Virus record (IMG/VR): IMGVR_UViG_3300032040_000041
Location: 1 to 28,315 of that record
Direction: 5' to 3' (one strand)
DNA from: a virus
Taxonomy: Duplodnaviria > Caudoviricetes
DNA length: 28,315 nt
Made by a program: the position numbers and the translations under genes. A model generated the notes under the pieces. It saw only the letters and a program-made list of their open reading frames with translations, was not told the origin of the DNA and ran no database searches. Below, one piece after another: positions 16,495-24,276 of this stretch (positions are counted from its first letter, which is position 1; every line of letters begins with the position of its first letter).

Positions 16495-18284
16495 GCAACA
16501 TCGTCCGCCGCCAGACCAACACCGCCACCGGCGCGCACTGGCTTCGGCGGACGATGGCTACGGCGTCTAGGCTGGCCAAGAACGCGAAGTGGTTCGGCGT
16601 CCAAGATGGATACCTGTTGTGGGCCAAGCGCGTGGGTAAGCAACGTACCGCCTCGGTACTGGACATGCCGCCCCACGTGCGCGTGGTGGGTAACACTGGT
16701 GTCGTGCCGGGGCAGCTCCTTGGGTCTCCTCGTGTAAAAGTAGGGGGCAACCGGGACGCGTTTCACCCGGGCATTGGAGCGGACCCTACTCTGGTTACAG
16801 TAGAGGACCTAGACGGGGCGCAGTTCCCCACCAGCTTTAGCACCATAAACTTAGGCGCAACTCCCGCGGTGTTTGGGTTGTGGCGGGCGTCGGCCCTGCC
16901 CGAGGTCAAGGGGGTGACCAAGCTATGGTACGGTGGGCCTTCGGACTCTGCCGCGCAAGTGGAGGTTTACCCTTTAAGCGCCGCCCGCCCGCTTTACACG
17001 AGGGTGGAGTTTCTGGGTCGTGGCGATACCGGCACTGCTATTAACACGCCGGAGTCGTTCGTCACGTCTATTACCGGCGGGTACGTAATGTCTCCGCGGG
17101 ACATAGTAGACACCGCATTCCAGCTGGCGTACCCGGCGGTAACTCCCCACGCCGCCACAGACTACGACCCGATAGCAGGCACCATAGTAGCGGCCACGCC
17201 GGTTACGAAGTCGCTAGCAAAAATCGCGGCAGACACCGGCCAAGACTACGGAAGCGTGGCGGTGTTCTTTACTCGGTCCGTCGACGTCGGCACCGAAGAG
17301 TCCGGCACCTCGCTGTACCTGTTCCAGTTCCCGAACCTAGCGGCGTTCCAGCAGACGCTGTGGCGGGGCGAGGAAGAACGTGGGTACACGCCGACGACGG
17401 TCGACAGTCAGGCCGTCTTGCACCCCGACGGGTCGACTACGATCTACGGGAGGTTCTACGGGTTTGTGTACGGAACCACCGCGCCCGCTGCGGCAGACTT
17501 TGAGCAGATGCTGACGCGCTTTATGCTAAGCATCACACCTGAAGGTCTGGCTTCGTGGGCGGTTCTGAGCTGTGACGTGTCAGGGTCCGATGCGTCTCTG
17601 GCTGCACGGAGAATAGGTTCTGCCGCGGGTCAGTTCCGGTGGGTGGAGACGCCAACGGTTTTCTATGGTGGTGGTAGCCCTTGGGCGTTTTGGCCCCAGT
17701 ACAACATTCCTTCGGACGGGCTAGCGTACAGCCCGTCCTACCGTGGGGGGTACTCTATCCCCACCGACTTTGCGATTGTCATAAACCGCGGGGCGGTAGA
17801 GGCGGCGCGCGGGAGGCCCGCTAATATTACGTTGTTCAGGTTTCCCGCCTTACCCACAGTGCTGCTTACCGACGCTACGTGGACGACGCGCGGGTTCTCA
17901 TACGTAGCATGCCACGTGGATACGGGCGGAGTGTTCGGGGTCAGTTTCTTCGGGTGGGACATAACCACGGAGGAACTGAAGCTGTGCAAATGGGACACCG
18001 TCGACGGCTTCGGTATATGGGAAGTGGACCTAGCCCAGATGAACCTGCGGCGCTCAGACAGGCTACCCAGTATAAGTGTCTACCAACGCTGCTCCGTAGT
18101 TGACGGGCTAGTGGTGGGCCTGCCCAGCTTTGTGGCAAACTCAGAGTACGCTGGTGGAAACGCCGAGGGCCACATTATAGCTAGGGGCGTGGCGAAATCT
18201 ATGGGGCTGGTCACGGGGCTGAGCGTATCAGCACTGGGCAACCCACTCCAGACCACCCCGCCCAACAACTTATACGGCGGGTAG
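16491..18284 (+). CDS. Putative tail/receptor-binding protein (597 aa)
   Basis: ATGA overlap. Basic N-terminal ~60 aa (possible docking domain) followed by an aromatic/Thr/Gly-rich beta sequence; distal position in the tail cluster. Confidence 0.55.
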   Translation: MSNIVRRQTNTATGAHWLRRTMATASRLAKNAKWFGVQDGYLLWAKRVGKQRTASVLDMPPHVRVVGNTGVVPGQLLGSPRVKVGGNRDAFHPGIGADPTLVTVEDLDGAQFPTSFSTINLGATPAVFGLWRASALPEVKGVTKLWYGGPSDSAAQVEVYPLSAARPLYTRVEFLGRGDTGTAINTPESFVTSITGGYVMSPRDIVDTAFQLAYPAVTPHAATDYDPIAGTIVAATPVTKSLAKIAADTGQDYGSVAVFFTRSVDVGTEESGTSLYLFQFPNLAAFQQTLWRGEEERGYTPTTVDSQAVLHPDGSTTIYGRFYGFVYGTTAPAAADFEQMLTRFMLSITPEGLASWAVLSCDVSGSDASLAARRIGSAAGQFRWVETPTVFYGGGSPWAFWPQYNIPSDGLAYSPSYRGGYSIPTDFAIVINRGAVEAARGRPANITLFRFPALPTVLLTDATWTTRGFSYVACHVDTGGVFGVSFFGWDITTEELKLCKWDTVDGFGIWEVDLAQMNLRRSDRLPSISVYQRCSVVDGLVVGLPSFVANSEYAGGNAEGHIIARGVAKSMGLVTGLSVSALGNPLQTTPPNNLYGG

Positions 18285-18286
18285 GT

Positions 18287-18826
18287 ATGCACCCTGTAGA
18301 CGTACACGTACTAACCTGTGAGAACACAGTGCCTGCGCTGCTGGACAAGTGCCTAGCGTCGCTCGAAGGGCAGGCGTGCAATGTGTTTGTCGTCGACAAC
18401 TCAGGTTGTGCTGTGGGTCCGGGCCGGGCTAAAGGCTACGCGCTCGGTAGCGCAGAGTTTGTTTCTTACATAGACTGCGACGACTACGCTACCCCCGCCG
18501 CTTTCGCTAAGTTGGCGGAGGCCATGGCTGAGCATCACGCAGTAGTAGCGCTAGAACAAGCGCAGTGGGAAAATGGGTACAAGGTCCCGAGGCCCGTGCG
18601 GAACCACGCCCCCATCTGCTACCGCAGGGAAGACGTAGCAAAGTTCCATGAGGCAATGCGCACCTCGCCGTGGTGCTCAGATGCTCTGCTACGTAGGGCG
18701 ATGCGCCCGGTACAGCTGATGTTCGTAGGACAGGTTAGGCTACACAGGCAGGGGACCGCGTCGTCTAACGTGCGCAACAATATACAACTAGAGGAGCTGA
18801 AGCGATGGTCTTCACTGATGGGATGA
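18287..18826 (+). CDS. Glycosyltransferase, GT-A fold, GT2-like (179 aa)
   Basis: VDVHVLT first strand, LLDKCLASL helix, VFVVDNS, GPGRAKGYALG (equivalent to G.a.ARN.G) and EFVSYIDCDD with a DxD metal/nucleotide-sugar motif. No transmembrane segment. Confidence 0.8.
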   Translation: MHPVDVHVLTCENTVPALLDKCLASLEGQACNVFVVDNSGCAVGPGRAKGYALGSAEFVSYIDCDDYATPAAFAKLAEAMAEHHAVVALEQAQWENGYKVPRPVRNHAPICYRREDVAKFHEAMRTSPWCSDALLRRAMRPVQLMFVGQVRLHRQGTASSNVRNNIQLEELKRWSSLMG

Positions 18827-19320
18827 GCACAGCGCGGCTGTACATGGCGGGGAGCGAGCCGTTCTTCGACTACAACATGCGCCTCGGTATATACCGGGAG
18901 AATGACCCCTTTGATGGGCCCACTACTCTGTACCCGCAGTCCCTCAACGCGGAGTTCGGTTTCTTTAGCCTGTCTTGGGTTCGGATGACCAGCGATGACG
19001 TAGCTATCGCGTTCGATGGCAGCGTGGGGCAGTGGTACTACGAGGTAGAGTTCGTACTGCTTGACGACGCAGACCAGCTTATCGTGCTCGACCCGTTCGC
19101 CCCCGATGAGACCATGTTGATAGACGCTGTAACCTTTAATGAATACAACGCTACGGACGTGGCAGTTGGCGTGTACGTAAACGGCACTTGGGAGCGTCTG
19201 GGCGGGTCTGATTACAGCGGGTACATAGACTTCCCGTCGTTCACACTTACTAGCCTAGCTGCCCCAGTCACCGCCGCCTTCTGGACTGCGTTTAACCAGA
19301 CCAGAGAGGTGGTAGAGTAG
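18805..19320 (+). CDS. Acidic beta-rich hypothetical protein, last gene of the virion operon (171 aa; alternative start 18823)
   Basis: GAGGAG upstream of ATG 18805; ATG 18823 forms an ATGA overlap with the glycosyltransferase stop. Asp/Glu- and aromatic-rich; ends AFWTAFNQTREVVE. Confidence 0.65.
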   Translation: MVFTDGMSTARLYMAGSEPFFDYNMRLGIYRENDPFDGPTTLYPQSLNAEFGFFSLSWVRMTSDDVAIAFDGSVGQWYYEVEFVLLDDADQLIVLDPFAPDETMLIDAVTFNEYNATDVAVGVYVNGTWERLGGSDYSGYIDFPSFTLTSLAAPVTAAFWTAFNQTREVVE

Positions 19321-19336
19321 CCCCATCCGTGGGGCT
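19319..19336. terminator. Hairpin at the convergence of the two arms (possible bidirectional terminator)
   Basis: AGCCCCA-tccg-TGGGGCT 7-bp stem between two convergent TAG stops that are 22 nt apart. No clear U-tract on either strand. Confidence 0.55.
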
Positions 19337-19342
19337 GTAGTC

Positions 19343-22297
19343 CTACCGACTGCTTTCTTGGGCGGCGCCCATTGCTCCACTGGCTATCTCAGCTGCGTTG
19401 GCTGAGGTGGCCGCCCCTACGGTGTTACCCAGATCAGGGTGGGCCATGTTAAACACCCACGTCCAGACCTGCGAGGTCTTCCAACCGGTGTCCCTGCCGA
19501 GGACCATACGGGTCTCGTCTTTCAGGATGCCACGCTTCTTCAGCTCTGACTTCAGGCGGTTGATGTCGATGTGCCGACTGGCGCAGAAGCTGCGGAAGTA
19601 AGCCCGGTCTACATAAGCCACGCTGTGCCACGCCTCGAAGCGTATGCGCAGTTCGTTCCGTGGTTCCTGTGCCACGAACGGAACCTTCCCGTCCACTGGC
19701 GCGGTGTTCAGCGTCAGCATCTTATCGAAGTTGCCGTTCAGGAAGTCACCCAGTACGGACACTGAGGTGCGAGTGTTGTCGACGACCGACTCTCTCATGT
19801 TGGTTATTGACTGCACAGAGAACGCTGCGATGCGCTCGACGTCCACGTGGGTCAGCCCGATCCTGTTGGTTACTTCGAACGCTGCCAGCACGCAGGCCGG
19901 GGCCGCTGCCCAGAACCGCTCGCCGCTGTTAACATCCGCGGTCTCTTCCATGTAGCGGGTCCACTTCTTGATCGACGCCTTCACGCCGTCGAGGTCGTTC
20001 ATCACGGCTCGTATGAATATCTCCCCCGCCAGACCGAAGTGGTCGTTGATGATGTCCAGTCGCTCGTCGGCTTCGGACTTCTTAATCATGTTGTTGGGCA
20101 GGTAGTACTCGAATACACGTACAGACTCAGCGCTCGCGTCCGCCTTGGCCAGTGCCAACCGGCTGTGGAGGCTGGCGTTACTGGTGGTCAGCATCATCGT
20201 CTGCCAGCTGCCGTGGTTCTCTTTAGCGCTGCCGTCTTGGTTCAGCCGCTGCCGGCCTTGCCCCTTGGAGATCGCGTAGCACAGGTCCGACAGGTTCTGC
20301 TCGTCGAGGTTGGTCACCTCGTCGTAGCATGCCGGCAGGTTCTTCAGCACACCCAGCTTGTTGTAGAAGGCGCGCATGGTGTCGTGCTCCAAGTCTACCC
20401 AGCCGTGGGTCTTGTGCCCCCAGATGGAGTTAGCCACCTGCATGACGGACGACTTGCCGCAGCCCTTCTCGCCCACCATCGACACGATCATGCCGTTGAA
20501 GTTGGTGAAGCGGAACAGGGGCGCCGCGAAGCCTACACCGATACCAAACAGGAACCCTTCCAGCCCCGGCTTCTCGTACATCTCAACAACCTTGCGCCAC
20601 TGGGTGACGTCGCCGCGTGGCTCCTGCCAGCTGAGCGTGTTGGCGATGTTCTTGTGTACGTTCACCGGTAGTACGCGGTCCTTCTCAATCACGCGGTCAC
20701 CCAGTACGAACCGACCGTTGTCTCTCCACCCCAGCTGAGCGTAAATCGTATTGGCTGGGGAGTGCTTCTGCAGTTCCCGTAAGTAGCCGATCATATATTG
20801 CACCAGTAGGTCTATCTTGCCGAGGTCGGGCAGAACCCCGATGTCTCCCAGCGTGGTGGAAAGTTTGCGCCTGTCGTATATTGACCCCAGTGGTAGGGGG
20901 AAAAGTTCCCACCCATCCTGCGGCAACCAACGGCGCACCTCTACAACGTACCGCCCTTCACGCTCATCATAGATGATCGACTGTGGGTAGATGTCGTAGT
21001 CGTAGATGACTTCTTCCAGCTCCACGCCCTCATCGCCTATCAGTTTTATGGCGATCTTGGCGCTCTTACCGTCGGCTGACATCACCCGCTTGAACGGGAA
21101 CGGGGGGTCAGGCAGCGGCTTATCTTCCATGGCCGTGCTGTTCGCCAGCACTGGGCGCTCGGCAACGGGCGGCGGCGCGGCTAGGTACTCTTGCCCTGTC
21201 TGCAACGGCGTGCTTACCTTGCCTGCGTACGGGCACCCTTGGCACCCGCCGGGGTTGTGGTCTTCGAACGTCGCACACAGCGTGGGCCCTATGCCCTGCT
21301 CTGTGTGGTGGCTAATCTTCTGGTCAGTCTCGCCCGCAGAGTATTTCGAGTAGCGCTTCGACATGGCGTGGATCGCCTTGTCGCCTTTGTCCGCGTGTCT
21401 CAGGCAGCCAACCATGTCGTACCACTGTGGCTCTTCCACGAGCTCAGGGTTCGCTGCTTGCCACGACATCTGGCGACAGCGAGACACAACCTTCCTCGGG
21501 TCAGCCGGCGCGTACACGCCACCAGAGAGGCCACCAGCGGCTTCCTCATTTATCTTACTGCTCGCCTGCTGTAAGTGCTCGGGCAAGGCGCCCTTCATAG
21601 CCGCCGGCAGGTCGTCAGGGACTGACGCACGTACAGGCTTCGCGTCGGGCAGGTCTATGGCAGCCACCGCGGCGAGGAACTGTTTCAGCGGCACGGCGCT
21701 GCGTGTTACTACCAACCGCACTTCTCTGGGCGCGCCGTACTTGTGGTTGAACGTGCCCGGCACCCGCAGCACGCTGGCTACGTCGGCCGTGCGCATGGGG
21801 TCGGCCTTCAGGCCCCACTGCTTGGTGGCCTGCTTCAGCTTCTCGGCGTAGTGCGCCCACTGCGCGGCGTCTATCGACTCGCTGAGCATCCAGTACACGT
21901 GGAGCCCGCCGCCGCTGTCCACGATGCACGGGTCGGGTAGACCCATGGCGCCGATGAACCCCTTCAGCTGGGTAGCGGCCGTGCGTTGGTCGGGGTAGTG
22001 CTTGGCGTTATCCGCCTTGATGTCGAGGTCTAACCAGAACGAAGACACACGCGATATGTTCTCCGCCTTGCGTACCTTCTTCTGCTTGACCTCCTTGACG
22101 GACCCTAACGCAAAGTAGACGTCCTTGGTCTGAGAGTGGCGGTCGGCTTCGGCCAGCAGGGCGGGCACGTCGTCGTAGGCGAAGTGCTTGAAATAATGTA
22201 CGACTTTGTTTTCGTCGTTTGTAAACTGCGCGGGTACCGCCAGAAGGTAGGGTCCCCCCTCCGGCAGAATGGCAGCCAATAGTTCAGAGTTATTCAC
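19343..22297 (-). CDS. Primase-helicase fusion: AEP/RepB'-like primase, Cys-rich domain, DUF927 helicase (984 aa)
   Basis: GTG start, RBS AGGAGG. AEP motifs FWLDLD, DSGGGLHVYW and LRVPGTFNHK; QLGW DUF927 signature; Walker A GEKGCGKS, Walker B CYDEVT, GQGRQR and LTTSN. Confidence 0.88.
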   Translation of the reverse strand: MNNSELLAAILPEGGPYLLAVPAQFTNDENKVVHYFKHFAYDDVPALLAEADRHSQTKDVYFALGSVKEVKQKKVRKAENISRVSSFWLDLDIKADNAKHYPDQRTAATQLKGFIGAMGLPDPCIVDSGGGLHVYWMLSESIDAAQWAHYAEKLKQATKQWGLKADPMRTADVASVLRVPGTFNHKYGAPREVRLVVTRSAVPLKQFLAAVAAIDLPDAKPVRASVPDDLPAAMKGALPEHLQQASSKINEEAAGGLSGGVYAPADPRKVVSRCRQMSWQAANPELVEEPQWYDMVGCLRHADKGDKAIHAMSKRYSKYSAGETDQKISHHTEQGIGPTLCATFEDHNPGGCQGCPYAGKVSTPLQTGQEYLAAPPPVAERPVLANSTAMEDKPLPDPPFPFKRVMSADGKSAKIAIKLIGDEGVELEEVIYDYDIYPQSIIYDEREGRYVVEVRRWLPQDGWELFPLPLGSIYDRRKLSTTLGDIGVLPDLGKIDLLVQYMIGYLRELQKHSPANTIYAQLGWRDNGRFVLGDRVIEKDRVLPVNVHKNIANTLSWQEPRGDVTQWRKVVEMYEKPGLEGFLFGIGVGFAAPLFRFTNFNGMIVSMVGEKGCGKSSVMQVANSIWGHKTHGWVDLEHDTMRAFYNKLGVLKNLPACYDEVTNLDEQNLSDLCYAISKGQGRQRLNQDGSAKENHGSWQTMMLTTSNASLHSRLALAKADASAESVRVFEYYLPNNMIKKSEADERLDIINDHFGLAGEIFIRAVMNDLDGVKASIKKWTRYMEETADVNSGERFWAAAPACVLAAFEVTNRIGLTHVDVERIAAFSVQSITNMRESVVDNTRTSVSVLGDFLNGNFDKMLTLNTAPVDGKVPFVAQEPRNELRIRFEAWHSVAYVDRAYFRSFCASRHIDINRLKSELKKRGILKDETRMVLGRDTGWKTSQVWTWVFNMAHPDLGNTVGAATSANAAEIASGAMGAAQESSR

Positions 22298-22339
22298 AGC
22301 CGACCTCCTAGTAACTTTGGCGGGGTGGTTTACTTGGTG

Positions 22340-22663
22340 CTAGCCCGCAAGGTTCTGGAGGTGGTCACGAAGGAAGGCTACCCGGTCGTTGGGAGACAGG
22401 CCGTGCATGTGGTTATAGACACCCACCTCTTTGTTCAGGCTGTTGAGTCGGTCGATCTTCAGTTCTACTGACCGCATGATGTGGCTGGCTGGCTTGCGCA
22501 TACGGCCACCACGTGGGCGGTACCACTCCTTGAGGGAGCCGGGGGATACGTCCAGTACCTTGCCGCCAGCGCTGAAGGACAACTGGGTCTCGGCGTAAAA
22601 CATCTCCAGTTTGCTTTTGAAATCGACGTGGTCTTGTTCCAATGTTTGCTCAGTGTTGCTCAT
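22340..22663 (-). CDS. Small putative HTH DNA-binding protein (107 aa)
   Basis: RBS GGAG. LSFSAGGKVLDVSPGSLKEWY fits an XRE/Cro-like helix-turn-helix ending in Trp, followed by the basic stretch RPRGGRMRKP. Confidence 0.55.
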   Translation of the reverse strand: MSNTEQTLEQDHVDFKSKLEMFYAETQLSFSAGGKVLDVSPGSLKEWYRPRGGRMRKPASHIMRSVELKIDRLNSLNKEVGVYNHMHGLSPNDRVAFLRDHLQNLAG

Positions 22664-22679
22664 CTGTGTTCTCCAATGT

Positions 22680-22705
22680 TAGGGCGTCCTAGCTAGGACG
22701 CCCTA
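22680..22705. promoter_or_regulatory. Perfect 26-bp palindrome (operator, RNA hairpin or terminator)
   Basis: TAGGGCGTCCTAG|CTAGGACGCCCTA with no spacer, in the 51-nt gap between the SSB-like gene and the HTH gene. Confidence 0.6.
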
Positions 22706-22714
22706 TAGCTTACC

Positions 22715-23806
22715 TTAATCGTCCCAACCTTCAAACACAGAATCCACTGCGCTCTTACCAGAGTCTACTTCTGGCTCAGCCTGCTCGTGCTGTTTGGTGG
22801 GCGGCGCTTCGGCTTCAGGCTTAGCTTTTGCCTTGGCCCGTGGCTTAGCTTTCGGTGCTGCTTCCGTCGTGGCTGGCTTCTCGCCCCAGTCGTCCAGCGC
22901 CTGAGACTTCGCAGCTTCTGCTGCTTCTGCGCGCTCGGCCGCGGCGATCTGCTCTGGGCTCAGCTCGGGCTCAGCGTCAGGCTTAGCGTCAGGCTCGGGC
23001 GGCGTGCCTTGGCCCTTCGTCGGTACCTTGTCGCCCACTTCCGCCGCAGCACCTAAGTCGCTCGGTGGTGGATCGGTGATCTCAGAAATCGTGGCCACCT
23101 TACGGGCGTCCTCAGAATCAAAGCGCCCGCCGACATGGCCGTACTCCTCGTCAGTGATGTAGCGCATCGGCTTGAACAGCAGCTTCGGGTAGTCCGCGTC
23201 GGGGTCAAAGCTGATACGGGTGACCACACCGTTGTACGGTACCGCTGGCGACACCTCGTCCAGCATGCGCAGGTACTGGCCAAACTCGGTCAGTGACGCG
23301 CCGGGGATAGACAGCTGGTACATGTCACCGTCGGGACGGCTCTCCGGAACAATCGCAATGCGCTTGCGGTCGTCACAGGCCTTGATTTTCTTGCCGCTCA
23401 TCTTGCTGATCGCTGAGCCCCACGCGTTCTTCGGGCAGTTCTTGCACCAACGGCTGACCTTGTTCTCCACGTTGGGTGACGGGTGAACGCCGTTGTCGGA
23501 CCAGCAGTCTGGCATCTGGTCTTCGGCGTTGGGGTCGTAGCTGCCAGAGAAGAATACCTTACTGGCTTCGGGGTTGGATCGCACCATGATGACATCAATG
23601 AACGAGTTCTCAAACACCTTAACCTGCTGGCCGCCGACGATCAGGCGGAACCGCGACTGCTTAATGCTGATCCGATTCGGAGACTCGCCTGTTGACGTGC
23701 CCTTGGCGGCCGCACGGTTGAGCGCCTTGGCGTCCACCTCTTTCATAAACGCTGGCAGGGTGCCGCTGTTCTGCAGGACGGCGATGCCTTTCTCAGTATT
23801 ACTCAT
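22715..23806 (-). CDS. Putative single-stranded DNA-binding protein with Cys4 Zn site (363 aa)
   Basis: RBS GAGGGAG. RISIKQSRFR; PDCWS...CKNCPKNAWGS...KAC (four Cys); beta-rich OB-like core; long Ala/Pro/Glu/Lys linker and acidic-aromatic tip VFEGWDD typical of SSBs; replication context. Confidence 0.65.
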   Translation of the reverse strand: MSNTEKGIAVLQNSGTLPAFMKEVDAKALNRAAAKGTSTGESPNRISIKQSRFRLIVGGQQVKVFENSFIDVIMVRSNPEASKVFFSGSYDPNAEDQMPDCWSDNGVHPSPNVENKVSRWCKNCPKNAWGSAISKMSGKKIKACDDRKRIAIVPESRPDGDMYQLSIPGASLTEFGQYLRMLDEVSPAVPYNGVVTRISFDPDADYPKLLFKPMRYITDEEYGHVGGRFDSEDARKVATISEITDPPPSDLGAAAEVGDKVPTKGQGTPPEPDAKPDAEPELSPEQIAAAERAEAAEAAKSQALDDWGEKPATTEAAPKAKPRAKAKAKPEAEAPPTKQHEQAEPEVDSGKSAVDSVFEGWDD

Positions 23807-23816
23807 AATGTCTCCC

Positions 23817-24221
23817 TCAAGAGCGACGAATGTTGACAGCTACCACTTCTTCCACGGCGAGTCCGGGGGGTGGCGTTGGGTTATCTTTCATCAGCTCCTT
23901 CAAGTTGGTAGAGCTGACACGTTTTTGCAACAAATCTATCTGCCCGGATTCACGAATGTAATCACAGAACGCGTTCCAGTCAGGGATAGATACCCGTGAG
24001 TTCCTGCTGGTGTAGACGGTTGCCCCGCCAGCGCTGAACTTCTCGTGGCCAGTCTCCAGCATGTGCTGGAGCAGCCAGTTCTCACCGCGTTCGTACTTCT
24101 TGCGAAACACTCGGTCGGCTTCTTCGAACTCTTTCTTCAGTTGTGACCGCTGCTCACGCAACGTAAGCATTGCTTGGATGATGTCTGCTGGCTGGGGGCC
24201 AGCCTTCTGTTGTTCACTCAT
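23817..24221 (-). CDS. Conserved-type phage replication-module protein (134 aa), N-terminal coiled coil
   Basis: RBS AGGAGG. Coiled coil followed by DWNAFCDYI..DLLQKRVS...PPPGL, a pattern seen in small proteins next to phage SSB/helicase genes (Gam-like architecture; function unproven). Confidence 0.65.
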   Translation of the reverse strand: MSEQQKAGPQPADIIQAMLTLREQRSQLKKEFEEADRVFRKKYERGENWLLQHMLETGHEKFSAGGATVYTSRNSRVSIPDWNAFCDYIRESGQIDLLQKRVSSTNLKELMKDNPTPPPGLAVEEVVAVNIRRS

Positions 24222-24246
24222 ACCGTACTCCTCCTAGTGAGATTAC

Positions 24247-24276
24247 ATAGTACAACGTGCGACTACCCTACGTCAA
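24247..24276 (-). promoter_or_regulatory. Sigma70-like promoter driving the 134-aa/SSB/HTH/primase genes
   Basis: Minus strand TTGACG (24276-24271), 18-nt spacer, TACTAT (24252-24247): 5/6 match at each hexamer. Followed by ACTAGGAGG RBS; the -35 box contains the helicase TGA stop. Confidence 0.65.

Noticed and set aside
17745-17750. G6 homopolymer runs (here and elsewhere) as phase-variation sites
   Set aside because: Too short, in frame, and expected at ~60% GC.
16491-19320. Diversity-generating retroelement or invertible host-range cassette at the distal tail genes
   Set aside because: No reverse transcriptase, invertase, template/variable repeat pair or flanking inverted repeats seen in the window.
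19847-20671. 274-aa plus-strand ORF antisense to the primase-helicase
   Set aside because: Shadow ORF expected from GC-rich codon bias on the coding strand; V/H/Q/L-rich sequence with no motifs or RBS.
22800-23010. Short DNA repeats (GGCTTAGC, GGCTCAGC, GCGTCAGGC) in the SSB-like gene
   Set aside because: Explained by the low-complexity AKP/EPDA linker of the protein; not a regular array.
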